Positions 1 through 14,064 are shown, counted from the first letter of the whole stretch. The stretch: DNA of 63,689 nt, filler included, from Chiloscyllium plagiosum (GCF_004010195.1; 5 parts of one record of this genome joined end to end with filler, not necessarily neighbours in it), one strand, 5' to 3'. The notes: generated by a model not told the origin, from the letters alone. Program-made: numbers and translations.

Positions 1-590
1 GTTACAAGGGGACATAAATTTAAGGTGAAGGGTGGAAGGTATAGGGGAGATGTCAGGGGTGGGTTCTTTACCCAGAGAGTGGTGGGGGCATGGAATGCCC
101 TGCCTGTGGGAGTGGTAGTGTCAGAATTTTTGGTGACCTTTAAGCAGCAATTGGATAGGTACATGGATGGGTGCTTAAGCTAAGACAAATGTTTGGGCCG
201 AAGGGCCTGTTCTGTGCTGTATTGTTCTATGTTCTATGTAAAATCATGAGGGGCACACAAGGTGAATAGCAAAGTCTTTTCCCTCGGGTAGCAGAGTTCA
301 AAACTAGAGGGCATATTTTTAAGGTGAGAGGAGAAAGATGTAAAGGGGCCTGAAGGGCAGCTTTCTCACACATGATGGTTTGTTTATGGAATGACCTGCC
401 AGAGGAAGTTGTAGATGTTAGTACAGTTGCTACATTTAAACGGCACTTGGACAAGTACTTGAATAACAAGGGTGTAGAGGGATATGGCCCAGAGGGATAG
501 AGGCAAGTGGGACGAGTTTAATTTGGAAAACGTGGTCGGCATGAACAAGTTGGACAATAGCGTCGGTTTCTGTGCTGTATGACTTTGACT
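1..590 (+). mobile_element. Two tandem CR1 LINE 3' ends
   Basis: RGH.FKV.G.R...FFTQRVV..WN.LP-type C-terminus twice. Tails (TTCTATG)n at about 237 and TATGACT at about 585. Confidence 0.85.
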
Positions 591-2479
591 CTTTAATGAC
601 AATTTAGAGGAAAGATCTTTTAATGTTCTGGATTTGTGACTTGTGGTAAATTTGTTTTCGACATTTGGGTGATGCTTGCTTTTGTTGCCCATCACTAATT
701 GCCGTTGAGGTGTTGTATACTGTCTTCCTGAATTACTGAAACCTGTCCCACAATTGTGTTGGTAGTGTTATGACTGTGACTGGGAGAATAGAACATAGGA
801 GCAGTAGGCTGTTCAACCAGTCAAGTCTGTCCCACCATTTGTTATGATCATAGCTGAGCAAATGTTTCAATACCTGTTACCTAGCCCTTTCCCATTACCA
901 TTATTCCTGCCTTTTAAAACAGCCTCTCTGGTAGAGAATTCCAAAGGTTCAGTAGAACAAATTCTCCTCATCTCTGACCTGAGTGACAGCCCCCTTTTGT
1001 CTTTTAAATTTTTTAAATATTGTCCTTTCGTTTTAGACTCCCTGACCAGGACATCTTACCTGCATCTGTCCTGTCTATTTCTATAAATATTTTTGTTTCA
1101 GTGACCTTTCTAAATGTCAAATATCCTTGAATATTCAGACCCCAGTCCTGGTCACCATGCTGCCATAGTTCTGTAATGGCAATTGGATCTCTTTGTGCTT
1201 TTTAGGTTATCTGTTATAACTTACGCACATTCACATGAAGTGCCCTTAAATGTGGCATTTTGACTTAATTCCACTGTTCCCCTGTTGAACCATTTAGTAA
1301 AAATGTTAATTCAGTGTCCAAAGTAGCCAGATGCTCCTCTTTAGCAAAACCAAAGGAAATATAATCAGACTTCTACTCACTCCCCCACTCACACCCAAAG
1401 GAAACAATGGTTTGATAAATATCCAGTTGTAGAGGTGTTGTGTGTGTCCCTACCTCTGGGTTAGATGGTCCAGGTTCAAGTCCCACCTGCTACAGAAGTG
1501 AATTGTGACATATCCAAACTGATTAAATCTCCTGTTCTGATTACAATCAACTTGGATTTGAGTTGTTGAGAATTGGTTATTGTCACAGTCCAATACTTCA
1601 GATATGGAAACACAATTTCCCAGGGATGCTTTCTAAGGAACAGCTTCTGGCGTGTCTGCCTTATACACTGCCATCTGGATATGCAAAGCAGAATTCTAAG
1701 TCCATAAAATGGGTTGCTAAGGCAATCATTTACATTAGCCCTTAATCCAGTAATAACAGTAATAAATTCCTCCTCTATTTCTTTTTTAAAGTGCTTGTCA
1801 AGTGTCACTTGATTTTCTGATTAAAAACAGCACACACTGAACATTTTGACTTCAAGAATTTTATAAGTGGAATGCAGTCCACATCCTGTGGAATACAACT
1901 TCAAGACATTATTATTTTTAATCCCAAAAATGTCCAAACAGTTCAATCTCTTCTATCCTCCTTTTCACATGATCCTTTTAAATATAGATGTGTATTCTCA
2001 ATGGAAGTTTCACGATTCTGCCTTCATGATTTTGTATGACTAGAAATGGAACCTGCAGGAGTTGCTGTTTTCATGCTATCCTTAAGTCATGGAGGTGGTT
2101 GGTTCGAGAGTGCTATCAACTTAATAAGTTACTGCATTACATCTTGTAGCTGGAACACACTACAATACAGAGGTGAACTGGTGGAGGGAATGAATGCTTT
2201 AAGGTGGTAAAAGGGATGTTGTTCAAAATGATTTCTCATGGGTGTTATTAACGTCCACAGGTTAGTAGGGAAACTTGTCACACTGATGTGCCTTTGTAGA
2301 TAGTTGAAAAATAATTTTGATAGCTGGAAATGAGATACTCACTCACAGAATTCCCAGCCTCTGACCCCTTATATAGCCGCAATGTTTCTGGTCAATAATG
2401 ACGGCCAGGATGTTCCTGGGGGTATCAGTTATGATAATGCTGTTGAATGTTAATAAAAGGTAGATACATCACCCCTACT

Positions 2480-3900
2480 AGATGGATTACAACCCAGGGA
2501 TTTGAAGGAGACAACTGAGGAGATTGTAGAGGCATTGGTGATTATCTTTCAGGAACTACTGGAGCTGGGGAGAGTCCCAGAGGACTGGTTAATGGTTACA
2601 ACACCCCTGTTTAATAAGGGAGGGAGGCCAAAAATCGAAAACTTGTAGGCTGGTTATCCTAACCTTAGTCTGTAGTAAAATGTTAAAGTCCATTATTAAG
2701 GATAAGGTTGCAGAATACTTGGAAGTGTAAAATAGAGCTAAGTCAGCATGATTTCATTAGTAGTCTGTTAGAATTCTTTTGAGACAAATTAGACCAGGAG
2801 AGCAAGTGGACGTGATCTATTTGGATATCCAGAAGACTTTTAACAAAGTGGCAGGAGGCTGCAAAATAAGATAAAAGCCTATGGTGTTAGGGGCAAGGTA
2901 CTGGCATGGATAGAGAATTGGCTGACAGGCAGAAAGTTGGGATGAAGGAGGAAGTTTCAAGATGGCAACTGGTGACGAGGAGTTCTGTAGGGGTCAGTGT
3001 TGGGATCACAGCTATTTATGTTGTACATTTAATGATGTGAATGCAAGAATTGAGGGTATTGTTGCAAAACTTGCAGATGACACAAAGGTAGTGTTGGGAC
3101 GATTGCAAAAGGACTTGGGCAAGTTAGAAGAGTGGGCAGAGAAGTGGCAGATAGAATACAATGTGTGAAAGTGAGCTTTTTGGTAGGAAGAATAGAGGCT
3201 TAGACTATTTTCTAAATGGGAAATGTCTTCAGAAATCTGAAGCACAAAAGACGTGAATCCTAGTTCCTGCAGGTTCAGTTGGCTTTTAGGAAGGCAAAGG
3301 CAATGTTGGCATTAATTTCAAAAAAGCTGGAGTACAGGAGGCTGTATTTGGAATATGTGAGCAATTGAAGGCTTTGTATCTAGGGTAGAATGTGCTGGCC
3401 TTGGAGGTTCAGAGGAGGTTTACACAAATGATCCTGGGGATGAAGGGCATGTCATATCAGGAGGGGTTGAGGACTCTGGTCTGTACTTGATGGAGTTTAG
3501 GGGATAAGGTGAGATCTCATTGAAACTTGCAGAATGCTAAGAGATCTGGATAGAGTGGACATGGATACATTTCCATTATTGGAGAATCCAGGACCCAAGA
3601 GCATAGCTTCAGAGTGAAAGGACCACCCTTTAGAACTGAAATGAGGAGAAATCTCTTCGTCCAGTGGGTGATGAATCGGTGGAACTCATTGCCGGAGAGG
3701 GCTGTAGAGGCCAAGTCATTAAATGTATTTAAGACACTGGTAGATAAGTTCTTGATTTCTAATGGGATCAAGGGTTATCAGAAGAAAGCAGGAGAATGGG
3801 GTTAAGAAAAGGGGTTATCAGTCATGGTCGAATGGCGGACCAGACACAATCAACTGAATGGCCTAATTCTGCTCCTGTATCTTACTGTCTTATCGTCTAA
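2480..3900 (+). mobile_element. Degenerate CR1 LINE (RT to 3' UTR)
   Basis: KLADDTK, WAEKWQIEYNV and FRTEMRRNLF..WNSLP motifs with frameshifts. Confidence 0.85.
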
Positions 3901-4604
3901 GATGGTAAGAGTTTGTTTAGTTGACGATTGTAATTTCCTGGCACTTCTTTGATGTAAACGTTACTTGCAACAATCAATCTAAGTCTGACAGTTGTTCAGA
4001 CAATTCTGTGGATGTCAATCTCCGCGGATTGTGAATTTGACTGCAGTCCTCAGTGTGTGAACCTCTTTTATGTTGATGAAGCAGCTGAAGATGGCTAGAT
4101 CTCAGAGACTGTCCTGAAGATTTCATGTAATAAAATCATGGAGCTGATTTTATTTTACTTTCAAAATCTATAACCAACTTATTTTGTGCTATTTGGATTT
4201 GTCACACTATCTTATGGACAAAATAGATCTGGGATTTCTCCACACTTTGTTAAAGTTGACCTGTTTTACATCAACATGACCAGTGGTATGTCTAGTTCTG
4301 GAGCAACAATCCTTTCGTACTGTACCTAGATTGGTGAGGTTATATCCTTTGCTATATCCAGTGCACTCATTTATTTCTTGGTGAATTGAATTAGCTGAAG
4401 GTTGCTGCATTTTAGCTTCTTCAACCTCTGAATTTCTTTTAGTTTTAGATTTCTGTAGTCCTGGTCTGTCATTCTGTTCTTACTCCGCTAGTCTGGGAAA
4501 GGTGGAGTGTAATTTGCTGAGCCATGGGATTACAGATTGTGAATGGATTAACTGTGTTGTTGCAATTGATTATCTAAGCATTCCTGAAATTTTGTAATGA
4601 CTTG

Positions 4605-6560
4605 GAGTCATAGAGTCAGGGAGATTGTACAGCATGGAAACAGAGCCTTCGGTCCAACCAGTCCATGCTGACCAGATATCCCAACGCAGTATAGTCCCAC
4701 CTGCCAGCACCCGGCCCATTTCCCTCCAAACCCTTCCTATTCATATACAGATCCAAATGCTTTTTAAATGTTGTAACTGTACCAGCCTCTACCACATCCT
4801 CTGGCAGCTCATTCCATACACGTACCACCCTCTGTGTGAAAAAGTTGCCGCTTAGGTCTCTCTTATATCTTTCCCCTCTCACCCTAAACCTATGCCCTCT
4901 AATTCTGGACTCCCTGATCCCAGGGAAAAGACTTTGCCTATTTACCCTATCCATGCCTCTCATGATTTTGTAAACCTCTATGAGGTCACCCCTCAGCCTC
5001 CGACACTCCAGGGAAATTGGCCTCAGCCTGTTCAGCCTCTCCCTAGAGCTTAACTCCTCCAATCCTGATAACATCCTTGTAAATCTTTTCTGAAACCTTT
5101 CAAGTTTCACAACATCCTTCCGATAGGAAGGAGACCAGAATTACATGCAATATTCCAACAGTGGCCTAACCAATGTCCTGTACAGCTGCAAAATGACCTC
5201 CCAACTCCTGTACTCAAGACTCTGACTAATAAAAGGAAGCATACCAAACGCTTTCTTCATTATCCTATCTACCTGCGACTCCACTTTCAAGGAGTTATGA
5301 ACCTGCATTCCAAGGTCTCTTTGTTCAGCAACACTCCCTAGGACCTTACCATTAAATGTATAAGTCCTGCTAAGATTTGCTTTCCCAAAATGCAGCACCT
5401 CTCATTTATCTGAATTAAACTCCATCTGCCACTTCTCAGCACACTGGCCAATCTGATCAAGATCCTGTGTAATCTGAGGTAACCTTCTTCGCTGTCCACT
5501 ACCTCCAATTTTGGTCTCATCTGCAAACTTACTCTTATGCTCACATCCAAATCATTTATGTAAATGACAAAAGGTAGTGGACCCAGCACTGATCCTTGTG
5601 GCACTCCACTTGTCACAGGCATCCAGTCTGAAAAACGACCCTCCACCACCACCCTCTGTCTTCTACTTTTGAGCCAGTTCGGTATCCAAATGGTTAGTTC
5701 TCTCTGTATTCCGTGAGATCTAACCATGCTAACCAGTCTCCCATGGGGACCTTGTTGACGCCTTACTGAAGTCCATATAGATCACATCTACCGCTCTGTT
5801 ACTTCTTCAAAAAACTCAATTAAGTTTGTGAGACATGATTTCCAACACACAAAGCCATGTTGACTATCCCTAATCAGTCCTTGCCTTTTCTAAATACATG
5901 TACATCCTGTCCCTCAGGATTCCCTCCAACAACTTGCCCACCACCGAGGTCAGGCTCACTGGTCTATAGTTTCCTGGCTTGTCCTTACCACCCCTCTTAA
6001 ACAGTGGCACCACATTAGCCAACCTCCAGTCTTCTGGCACCTTACCCGTGACTATCGATGATACAAATATCTCAGCAAGAGGCCCAGCAATCACTTCTCT
6101 AGCTTCCCACAGAGTTCTCAGGTACACGTGATCAGGTCCTGGGGATTTATCCACCTTTGTGTTTCAAGACATCCAGCACTTCCTCCTCTGTAATATGGAC
6201 ATTTTGCAAGATGTCACCATCTATTTCCCTACAGTCTATATCTTCCATATCCTTTTCCACAGTAAATACTGATGCAAAAAGCTTGTTTAGTATCTCCCCC
6301 AATTTTCTGCGGCTCCACACAAAGGCCGCCTTGCTGATCTTTGAAGGGCCCTATTCTCTCCGTGGTTATCCTTTTGTCCTTAATATATTTGTAAAAACCC
6401 TTTGGATTTTCCTTAATTCTATTTGCCAAAGCTATCTTATGTCCCCGTTTTGCCCTCCTGATTTCCCTCTTAAATATACTCCTACTGCCTTTATTCCCTT
6501 CTAAGGATTCACCCGATCTATCCTGTCTGTACCTTACATATGCTTCCTTCTTTTTCTTCC
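4605..6560 (-). mobile_element. CR1 LINE, 5'-truncated
   Basis: [42 protein letters not shown] and LVRPLLEYC motifs plus 3' UTR. Frameshifted. Confidence 0.92.
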
Positions 6561-7308
6561 TGCTTCTACCATCATTTTTCAGGCAATGAGTTCCAGATAC
6601 CATCACCCTCTGGGTGAAAGAAATCCTTCTAAACCTCCTGCACGTTTTAACCTTTAAATTTAATGCCCCAATCGTTGACTTCCCAGTCTGACAGGTCTTG
6701 ACAAAGCCGTGTTGACTGTCCTTCGTTTAATCCTTGCCTCTTCAAGTGAAGATTTAATTCTATCCCTCTGAACTTTTCCCAGTAGCTTCTCTACTCGTGA
6801 TAACAGATGATGCCAGACCTGTTGAGTATTTCCAGCACCTTGTTTTTATTTCAGATTTCTAGGATCCACAGAATTCTGCTTTTATTTCGGTCTACTAGCA
6901 TATTTGTTGCCCTATTTGTTTGTCAAACTTGCCTTCCTCCAGTCCGACATCCCTTGGGATGGGCAAGGCTTCTTGATCGGAATAGTTACCATTTTCTGTC
7001 TAAGCAAAGACCTTTTTGAAAACTGGTATTTTTGGCTGTCTCGCAGTTGTTAACCGAGCATGCTGGCATACTTTCACCATTTTAAATCCCTCTTAATCTA
7101 TTTTAAAATGATCTTCTACAACAGTTATCTTTAAATACTACATGAATGATCAGTGAGCTACACTTCTACATAGTTGTAGCTGTGTGGTACTGAGGCAGAT
7201 AACTTATTTTTGCTAATTTGGAAAGAAAAAAGCTTTTACTAATAGCCTTTTGCTATATTGTTCTTCTTATCTAGAAGTGGATTTGAAAACATTTTTTCTT
7301 GTCCCCAG

Positions 7309-7476
7309 AATCCGAAGACCAAAGCTGAGATTGAGAAAATGCTACGCGATGGGAAGAAGAAAGAATTGCGTGATCGCCTGTGCTGCAGAATGACATTTGG
7401 GACTGCGGGGCTGCGGTCTTCCATGGGTGCTGGTTTCTCCTACATTAACGACCTGACAATCATACAATCCACTCAG
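7309..7476 (+). CDS. PGM2L1: PGM2L1 (glucose-1,6-bisphosphate synthase) internal coding exon, equivalent to human exon 2
   Basis: Acceptor ttttttcttgtccccAG, donor CAG|gtgagc, 168 nt, phase 0-0. Translates NPKTKAEIEKMLRDGKKKELRDRLCCRMTFGTAGLRSSMGAGFSYINDLTIIQSTQ, closely matching recalled human PGM2L1 NPKTKEQIENLLRNGMNKELRDRLCCRMTFGTAGLRSAMGAGFCYINDLTVIQSTQ. Confidence 0.93.
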
Positions 7477-7531
7477 GTGAGCTTTTGGGTCAGATTCTAG
7501 AATGAAGCCTAGCTTTGATAGACCATAAGTT

Positions 7532-7915
7532 ATTAGCAAGTTTTAAGAAGATTTGCAGTGTAGGTTGAGGTTCTGCATGTAGGCTTGCTTGCTGAGCTGG
7601 AAGGTTCATTTTCAGATGTTTTGTCACCATACCAGGTAACAATTTCAGTGGGCCTCTAAACAAAGCACTGCTGGTGTTTCCTGCATTTTGTTTATATGTT
7701 TGGGTTTCCTTCGGTTGGTGATATCATTCCCTGTTCTTTGAAATTGTTCACCACAGGAAATGACATTACTAACCCAAGGAAACCCAAACATATAAATATA
7801 ATTCAGGAAACACCAGCAGTGCTTCGTCTGGAGGCCAACTGAAGATGTTACCTGGTATGGTGACGAAATGTCTGAAAATGAACCTTCCAGTTCAGTGAGC
7901 AAACCTACATCCAAA
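7532..7915. mobile_element. Non-autonomous Penelope-derived fold-back element (inverted LTR pair)
   Basis: About 7568-7734 is an imperfect reverse complement of about 7753-7918. Flanked by direct repeat ACCATAAGTT (7522-7531, 7916-7925). Its left end resembles the left end of the PLE at 13950. Confidence 0.75.
7839..7872 (+). ncRNA. Hammerhead core in fold-back element
   Basis: CUGAAGA-U-GUUACC(UGGUAU)GGUGAC-GAAAUGUC. The copy in the opposite arm is mutated. Confidence 0.5.
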
Positions 7916-8404
7916 ACCATAAGTTGTCTTTTGCATTTAGGAATCATGGTGGTTAGTAATGAAACATTATCACGAGACAGCTGAAGTATATTTAGCTGAA
8001 AGTGCATCAAGGTTTTCTCTCACACAAGGAAAATAAACTATTTGAAACAGTCTTTATTTTAAAATCCAGAAATCAAGGTTCAACTGCTATCTTCAACAAC
8101 CTTTCAGATACACAAACCTCAGTGAAGGGTCACACTGTTTCCATTTTAAAGTTTCTGACTCAGTGGGCACAGCTCTACAAGGTTTTTTTTTCTGACAAAC
8201 ATCTGCATTCACTCAACGCAATCTTCTTCAGTTAATGTTTCCATGAACAAGCTGCTGATGCAGCTCACTTACTCCTCAGCACGTGTTCCTTAAACGTATA
8301 CGTTCAGCAGCCTGTAAGATATATTTCTTCTGAAGCCATTTGTTTCTGGAGCTTTTCTCTTACTGACTTCTGGGTCACTTGGGACAACTTTTCCTCTGTC
8401 TGAC

Positions 8405-8445
8405 TGTTTGTTTGTTTGTTTGTTTGTTTGTTTGTTTGTTTGTTT
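8405..8445. repeat. (GTTT)n microsatellite
   Basis: About 10 tandem GTTT units. Confidence 0.95.
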
Positions 8446-10362
8446 TAGAGACTGATTAACTGTACTGCTGATGTTACAGGACATCTCTCTGACCTGCTTT
8501 TCTCTGAGAGGAGCCGAGACACAACCTTCTAATGGTTCTGTCTTTTTAAAATAACTTTTCTGCCTCCATCTCATTCTGCCATAGGATACCAACAGCCCAG
8601 TTTATTTTCCTCTCTCCTCTACTTTATTTTCTAAAGTACTGAGTAAAATTCTCAAGAGACTTTATTTTTCAATCCCCATTTAAATTGATATAAACCACTT
8701 TCAAGACAACCTGTCATCGCTCTCTGAACTCGAATGAAACTAAGGTTATGTCTCCTCTTAACACAAATTAAATTTAAAGCTATACATGGCTTTGTCCACA
8801 TTAACTAACTATTTTACTGACCTGGCTTGATAGATAGTTAGTTTTAATTTTGCAGCTTGGTTGCCATGGTGGTCATCTACTGAACACATTCAAAAGGTCA
8901 TTACACATTAAAAAGAACAAACCATCTTACACTCTACTAAAAACTAGTTGAAACCGTTTTAATTTTATTACAAATATGGGAAATAATGATTTCAATCCTC
9001 TTTTCATCAACAAGAACCTTGCTGCTCCATGGATCATAACAAAGGTTCACCCTGTTTCCACTTTGAAAGCTCTTAGTACAGCCATGCCAATTGAGCATTG
9101 TTTATTTCCAGCAAGCCTCGACACTCACTTGTTGCTAACATCTTTCGTAAATATTGCTCCGACACCCTTTTGAACAGACTGCTAACATGGCTGAATTGTT
9201 CCTTTAAACACCTCTTCCACTCCTTTTCCTGGAATTTCTTTCTTTAAGAGTATAAACTGTGCTGCTGATGATACAGGCCTTTCTTCTCTAAAATAAATTT
9301 TCAAATGCATTCTCTTTGAAAGAAATCCTCTCACTCGCTGAACTTCTAAGGGGAACTGTATGTGTCATCAGAAGAAGAGTCCTACCAGGACTTCATGTTA
9401 ACTGCTTCTTTCTCCATATATGCTGCCAGATCTGCTGGGTTTCTGTAGCTTTTTCTGTGTACATAACTGTTTGTCTCTGTCCCCCTATACCGTTGAGCAC
9501 TTTGTTTCTAGGCAGCAGCTCAGTTTGTTTTCCCTCTTCTCTGTTTTCAAATGCAATGAGGTATTCACTTGAAGGATTTCTTTGAAACTTCATCTAAATG
9601 TATGTAAACAACACTTCAGGCACCACTCTCAGAACTCTAAATGAAACAAAAACTACTTTTCCTGACCTACACAACATCAAAATTAAAATAACACTAAAAC
9701 GCTATACATGATTTTGTTGACTTCTGTTCCAGGTATTAATATATCATGAACCCTTTGTCCCTAATAGCACAGCGGGTGGTTCTATGTCAAATGGGCTGCA
9801 GCAGTTCAAGAAGATGATTCATCACCATCTTCTCTAGAGCAATTCGGGATGAGCAGTAAATGCTGACCCAAATAAATTTTTAAAAAAGCTTTTGGCCAAC
9901 AGGTGTGGACAAGACGCACAACTTCAATGTGTTTTTGTATGATAGATTGTTAAATTTTGTCTCAGCTTCTGAGTAAGGAATGGGTGAGAAACTGAAAAGC
10001 ATAAGGAACTGTTGAACTACACAAGAAAGATCCAGATAAGTGAAGAATTTAAAAAATCTGCAATACAGATACAATTTTTAAAAATGTAAACACTCCTTTA
10101 AATTTCATGTTCGAGAAGATCAATTGGGCTTGTTAATAAGGTGACCAAGTGGAAGTTACGATATTGTTTCTTCTCTCTCCTTCAATTTCCCTGGAATAAT
10201 CATGTAATGTTTACGAAATGTGGCTTTGCTGTGAAAGCCTATTCAGCCTTGCAGTTAGCATCGTGAAATCCGATCTTGATATTTTTATATGATTTATGGT
10301 TGGGTGAGTGCAAAACAAGATACAATTTGTTTTCTTGTTACACCTTTTTTTTTTGGTCATTT

Positions 10363-10391
10363 CTGATGAAGGGCTTTTTGCCCGAAATGTC
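10363..10391 (+). ncRNA. Hammerhead core in PLE LTR-like fragment (about 10360-10460)
   Basis: CUGAUGA-A-GGGC(UUUUU)GCCC-GAAAUGUC, with CpG-type decay in helix III. Same family as 52666-52693. Confidence 0.5.
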
Positions 10392-11276
10392 GATTTTCCT
10401 GCTCCTCGGATGCTGCCTGACCTGTGCATTTCCAGCATCTGCAGTCCTTGTTTTTACACTTTTTTTTGATCTACAGTTAATGGCAAATAACCACAATGGG
10501 TTACTGATCAATTTAAAGGAAAGAAACCTCAGACAGGTTACTGCTTTCAGAAATGTTCATGGATCTCCAGAATTGCCTGTCCTAATGTCAAACCGAGAAG
10601 TGTCAAACTTATTAGACCGAGAGGAGATTGGGAACTCGATACCAGAGGAAAACTTCAAATAACCTGCTATCATATGCTTTCTTGCAAATCTTAGAACCTC
10701 TTACAACGTACTGAAAATACCAGGATTTAATGAATTGAGAGAAAATGGATTGAGTATTGATCAGCAGGCAGGAAAAAGGAGTAAATAGTTTGTTTTCAAG
10801 GTGGAAGACTGTGATGAGTGGTCTACAGCAGGGACCGATACTTGGGTCCCAGTTATTCACAATATATATCAATTATATGAATTGGGAGTCTTTTTCATAT
10901 TTGTTAATGATACAAAATTAGGTGGGATTGTGAATGTTAAAGACTCTTCAAGTTGATTGAGTGAGCAAGTTTATGGTGGATGCTCTATAATGTGGATAAG
11001 TGAGACGTTGCCCTCTGTGGTACTAAAATAGAATAGTACTATATTATTGAAAGGTTGACGTGCAAAGGGTTCTGTACACAGTCATTAAAAGGGATCATGT
11101 AGGTGCAGCAAGCACTGAGGAAGACAAAGGTTTACCAGACTGATTTCTGTGTTGGCAAGTTTGTCACATGAAGAGAGATTGGGCCAACTGAGCCTGTAGT
11201 AACTTGGATTTGGGAAAATGAGTGGAAATCTCATTGTTGGAGTTGGGCAAACTGGATGCAGGAATACTGTTTCCAT

Positions 11277-11902
11277 AGGCATAGAGTCAGAGATGTACAG
11301 CATGGAAACAGAGCCTTCGGTCCAACCCATCCATGCCGACCAGACATCCCAACCCAATCCAGTCCCACCTGTCAGCACCTGGCCCGTATCCCTCCAAACG
11401 CTTCCTATTCATATACCCATCCAAATGCCTCTTAAATGTTGCAATTGTACCAGCCTCCACCACTTCCTCTGGCAGCTCATTCCATACACGTAACACCCTC
11501 TGCGTGAAAAGGTTGCCCCTTAGGTCTCTTTTATATCTTTCCCCCCTCACCCTAAACCTATGCCCTCTAGTTCTGGACTCCCCGACCCCAGAGAAAAGAC
11601 TTTGCCTATTTACCCTATCCATGCACCTCATGATTTTGTAAACCTCTATAAGGTCACCCCTCCACCTCCGATCCTCCAGGGAAAACAGCCCCAGCCTGTT
11701 CAGCCTCTCCCTGTAGCTCAGATCCTCCAACCCTGGCAACATCCTTGTAAGTTTTTTCTGAACCCTTTCAGGTTTCACAACATCTTTCCGATAGGAAGGA
11801 GACCAGAATTACACGCAATATTCCAACACTGGCCGAACCAATGTCCTGTACAGCTGCAACGTGACGTCCCAACTCCTGTACTCAATACTCTGACCAATAA
11901 AT
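11277..11902 (-). mobile_element. CR1 LINE 3' end (same subfamily as 4605-6560)
   Basis: ORF 11287-11778 matches the CR1 ORF2 C-terminus. Confidence 0.9.
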
Positions 11903-12002
11903 NNNNNNNNNNNNNNNNNNNNNNNNNNNNNNNNNNNNNNNNNNNNTTAATTAATTAANNNNNNNNNNNNNNNNNNNNNNNNNNNNNNNNNNNNNNNNNN
12001 NN
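11903..12002. other. Artificial scaffold linker
   Basis: 44 N + TTAATTAATTAA (stops in all six frames) + 44 N. Identical at four sites. Confidence 0.95.
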
Positions 12003-13949
12003 TACGATCATCCTACCATACCAGGCAACATCATGGTAAACCTCCTCTGCACCCGTTCCAGTGCCTCCACATCCTTCCTATAGTATGGCGACCAAAACTG
12101 CACACAATACTCCAGATGCGGCCGCACCGGAGTCTTATACAACTGCAACATGACCTCAGGGCTCCGGAACTCAATTCCTCTACCAATAAAACCAGTATGC
12201 CATATGCCTTCTTCACCGCACTATTTACCTGGGTGGCAACTTTCCGAGATCTGTGTACATGGACACCAAGATCCCTCTGCTCATCCACACTACCAAGTAT
12301 CCGACCATTAGCCCAGTACCCGTCTTTTTGTTACTCTTACCAAAGTGAATCACCTCACAATTACCTACATTGAACTCCATAACCTACATAACCTTTCGTA
12401 TTCGTACACTCATCCAAATGCCTTTTAAATGTTGCAATTGTACCAGCCTTTACTACTTCCTCTGGTAGCTCATTCCATGCACGCACCACCCTCTGCATGG
12501 AAAAAGTTGCCCCTTAGGTCTCTTTTATATCTTTCCCTCTCACCCTAAACCTACGTCCTCTAGTTCTGGACTCCCCGACCCCAGGAAAAAGACTTTGTCT
12601 ATTGCACCACCCTCTGCATGAAAAGGTTGCCCCTTAGGTCTCTTTTATATCTTTCCCTTCTCACCCGAAACCTACGTCCTCTAGTTCTGGACTCCCCGAC
12701 CCCAGGAAAAAGACTTTGTCTATTAACCCTATCCATGCCCAATCATAATTTTGTAAACCTCAATAAGATCACTCCTCAGCCTCTGACACTCCAGGGAAAA
12801 CAACCCCAGCCTGTTCAGCCTCTCCATATAGATCAAATCCTCCAACTCTGGCAGCATCTTTTCGGAATCCTTTCAAATTTCACAACATCTTCCTGATAGG
12901 AAGGAGACCAGAATTGCTCACAGTATTCCAACCAATGTCCTGTACAGCCATAACATGACCTCCCAACTCCTGTACTCAAAACTCTGACAATAAAGGAAAG
13001 CATACCAAACACCTTCACTGTCGTATCTACCTGCAACTCCACTTTCAACGAGCTATGAACCTGCACTCCAAGGTCTCTTTGTTCAGCAACACTCCTGAGG
13101 ACCTTACCATTATGTGTATGAGTCCTGCTAAGGTTTGCTTTCCCAAAACACAGAACCTCGCCTTTATCTGAATTAAACTCCATCTACCACTTATCCCATT
13201 GGCCCATTTGGTCAAGACCCCATTGTAATCTGAGGTAATCTTCTTCGCTATCCACTACGCTCCAATGTTGGTGTCATCTGTAAACTTACTAACTATACCT
13301 CTTATGCTCGCATCCAAATCATTTCTATAAATGATGAAAGGTAGTGGACTCAGCACTGATCCTTGTGGCACTTCACTGGTGACAGGCCTCCAGTCTGTAA
13401 ACAACCCTCCTCCACCACCGCTCTCTGTCTTCTACCTTTCAGCCAGTTTATAAAAATGACAAACAGCAGTGGGCCCAAAACAGATCCTTGCAGTGCACTG
13501 CTGGTAACTGAGCTCCAGGATGAACATTTCCCATCAACCACCACCCTATTACTTCTTTCAGCTAGCCAATTTCTGATCTAAATCACCTTCAATCCCGAAA
13601 CTCCGTATTTTGTGCAATAGCCTACCATGTGGAACCTTATCAAACGCCTTACTGAAGTCCATATACACCACAAAAACTGCTTTACCTTCATCCACCTGTT
13701 TTGTCACCTTCTCGAAGAACTCAGTAAGGTTAGTGTGGCGCAGCCTACACTTCACCAAACCGTGTTGATTATCCCTAATCAAATTATTCCTTTCCAGGCA
13801 GATGATTATAACCTTTCCAGATAGTTATAAATCCTATCTCTTAAAACCTTTTCCTACACCTTACCCACAGCCAAAGTAAGGCTCACTGGCCTATAATTAC
13901 CAGCATTGTCCAGACTCCCCTTCTTAAAAAAGGGAACAACATTTGCTAT
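12003..13949 (-). mobile_element. Mosaic of CR1 fragments from two or more subfamilies
   Basis: YMDFSKAFDKVPHGRL and [15 protein letters not shown] motifs. About 120-bp internal duplication at 12483-12722. Resumes at 15677. Confidence 0.85.
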
Positions 13950-14024
13950 TCAAAGTTTGTGAGAAGATTTGTAGCTCGGGTGCTCGTTGCTGTGGTTCTG
14001 TTCGCCGAGCTGGAAGTTTTTGTT

Positions 14025-14064
14025 GCAAACGTTTCGTCCCCTGTCTAGGTGACATCCTCAGTGC
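14025..14064 (-). ncRNA. Minimal hammerhead ribozyme motif, inverted twin of 15602-15641
   Basis: Reverse complement is identical to the 15602-15641 motif. Confidence 0.7.

Noticed and set aside
4616..6606. CR1 RT-like ORFs as host genes or active LINEs
   Set aside because: All copies are 5'-truncated or frameshifted. No intact ORF2 is present in the window.
11947..11958. TTAATTAATTAA as a biological palindrome or homeodomain site
   Set aside because: Sits at the exact centre of identical 100-nt N blocks four times, so it is an assembly spacer.
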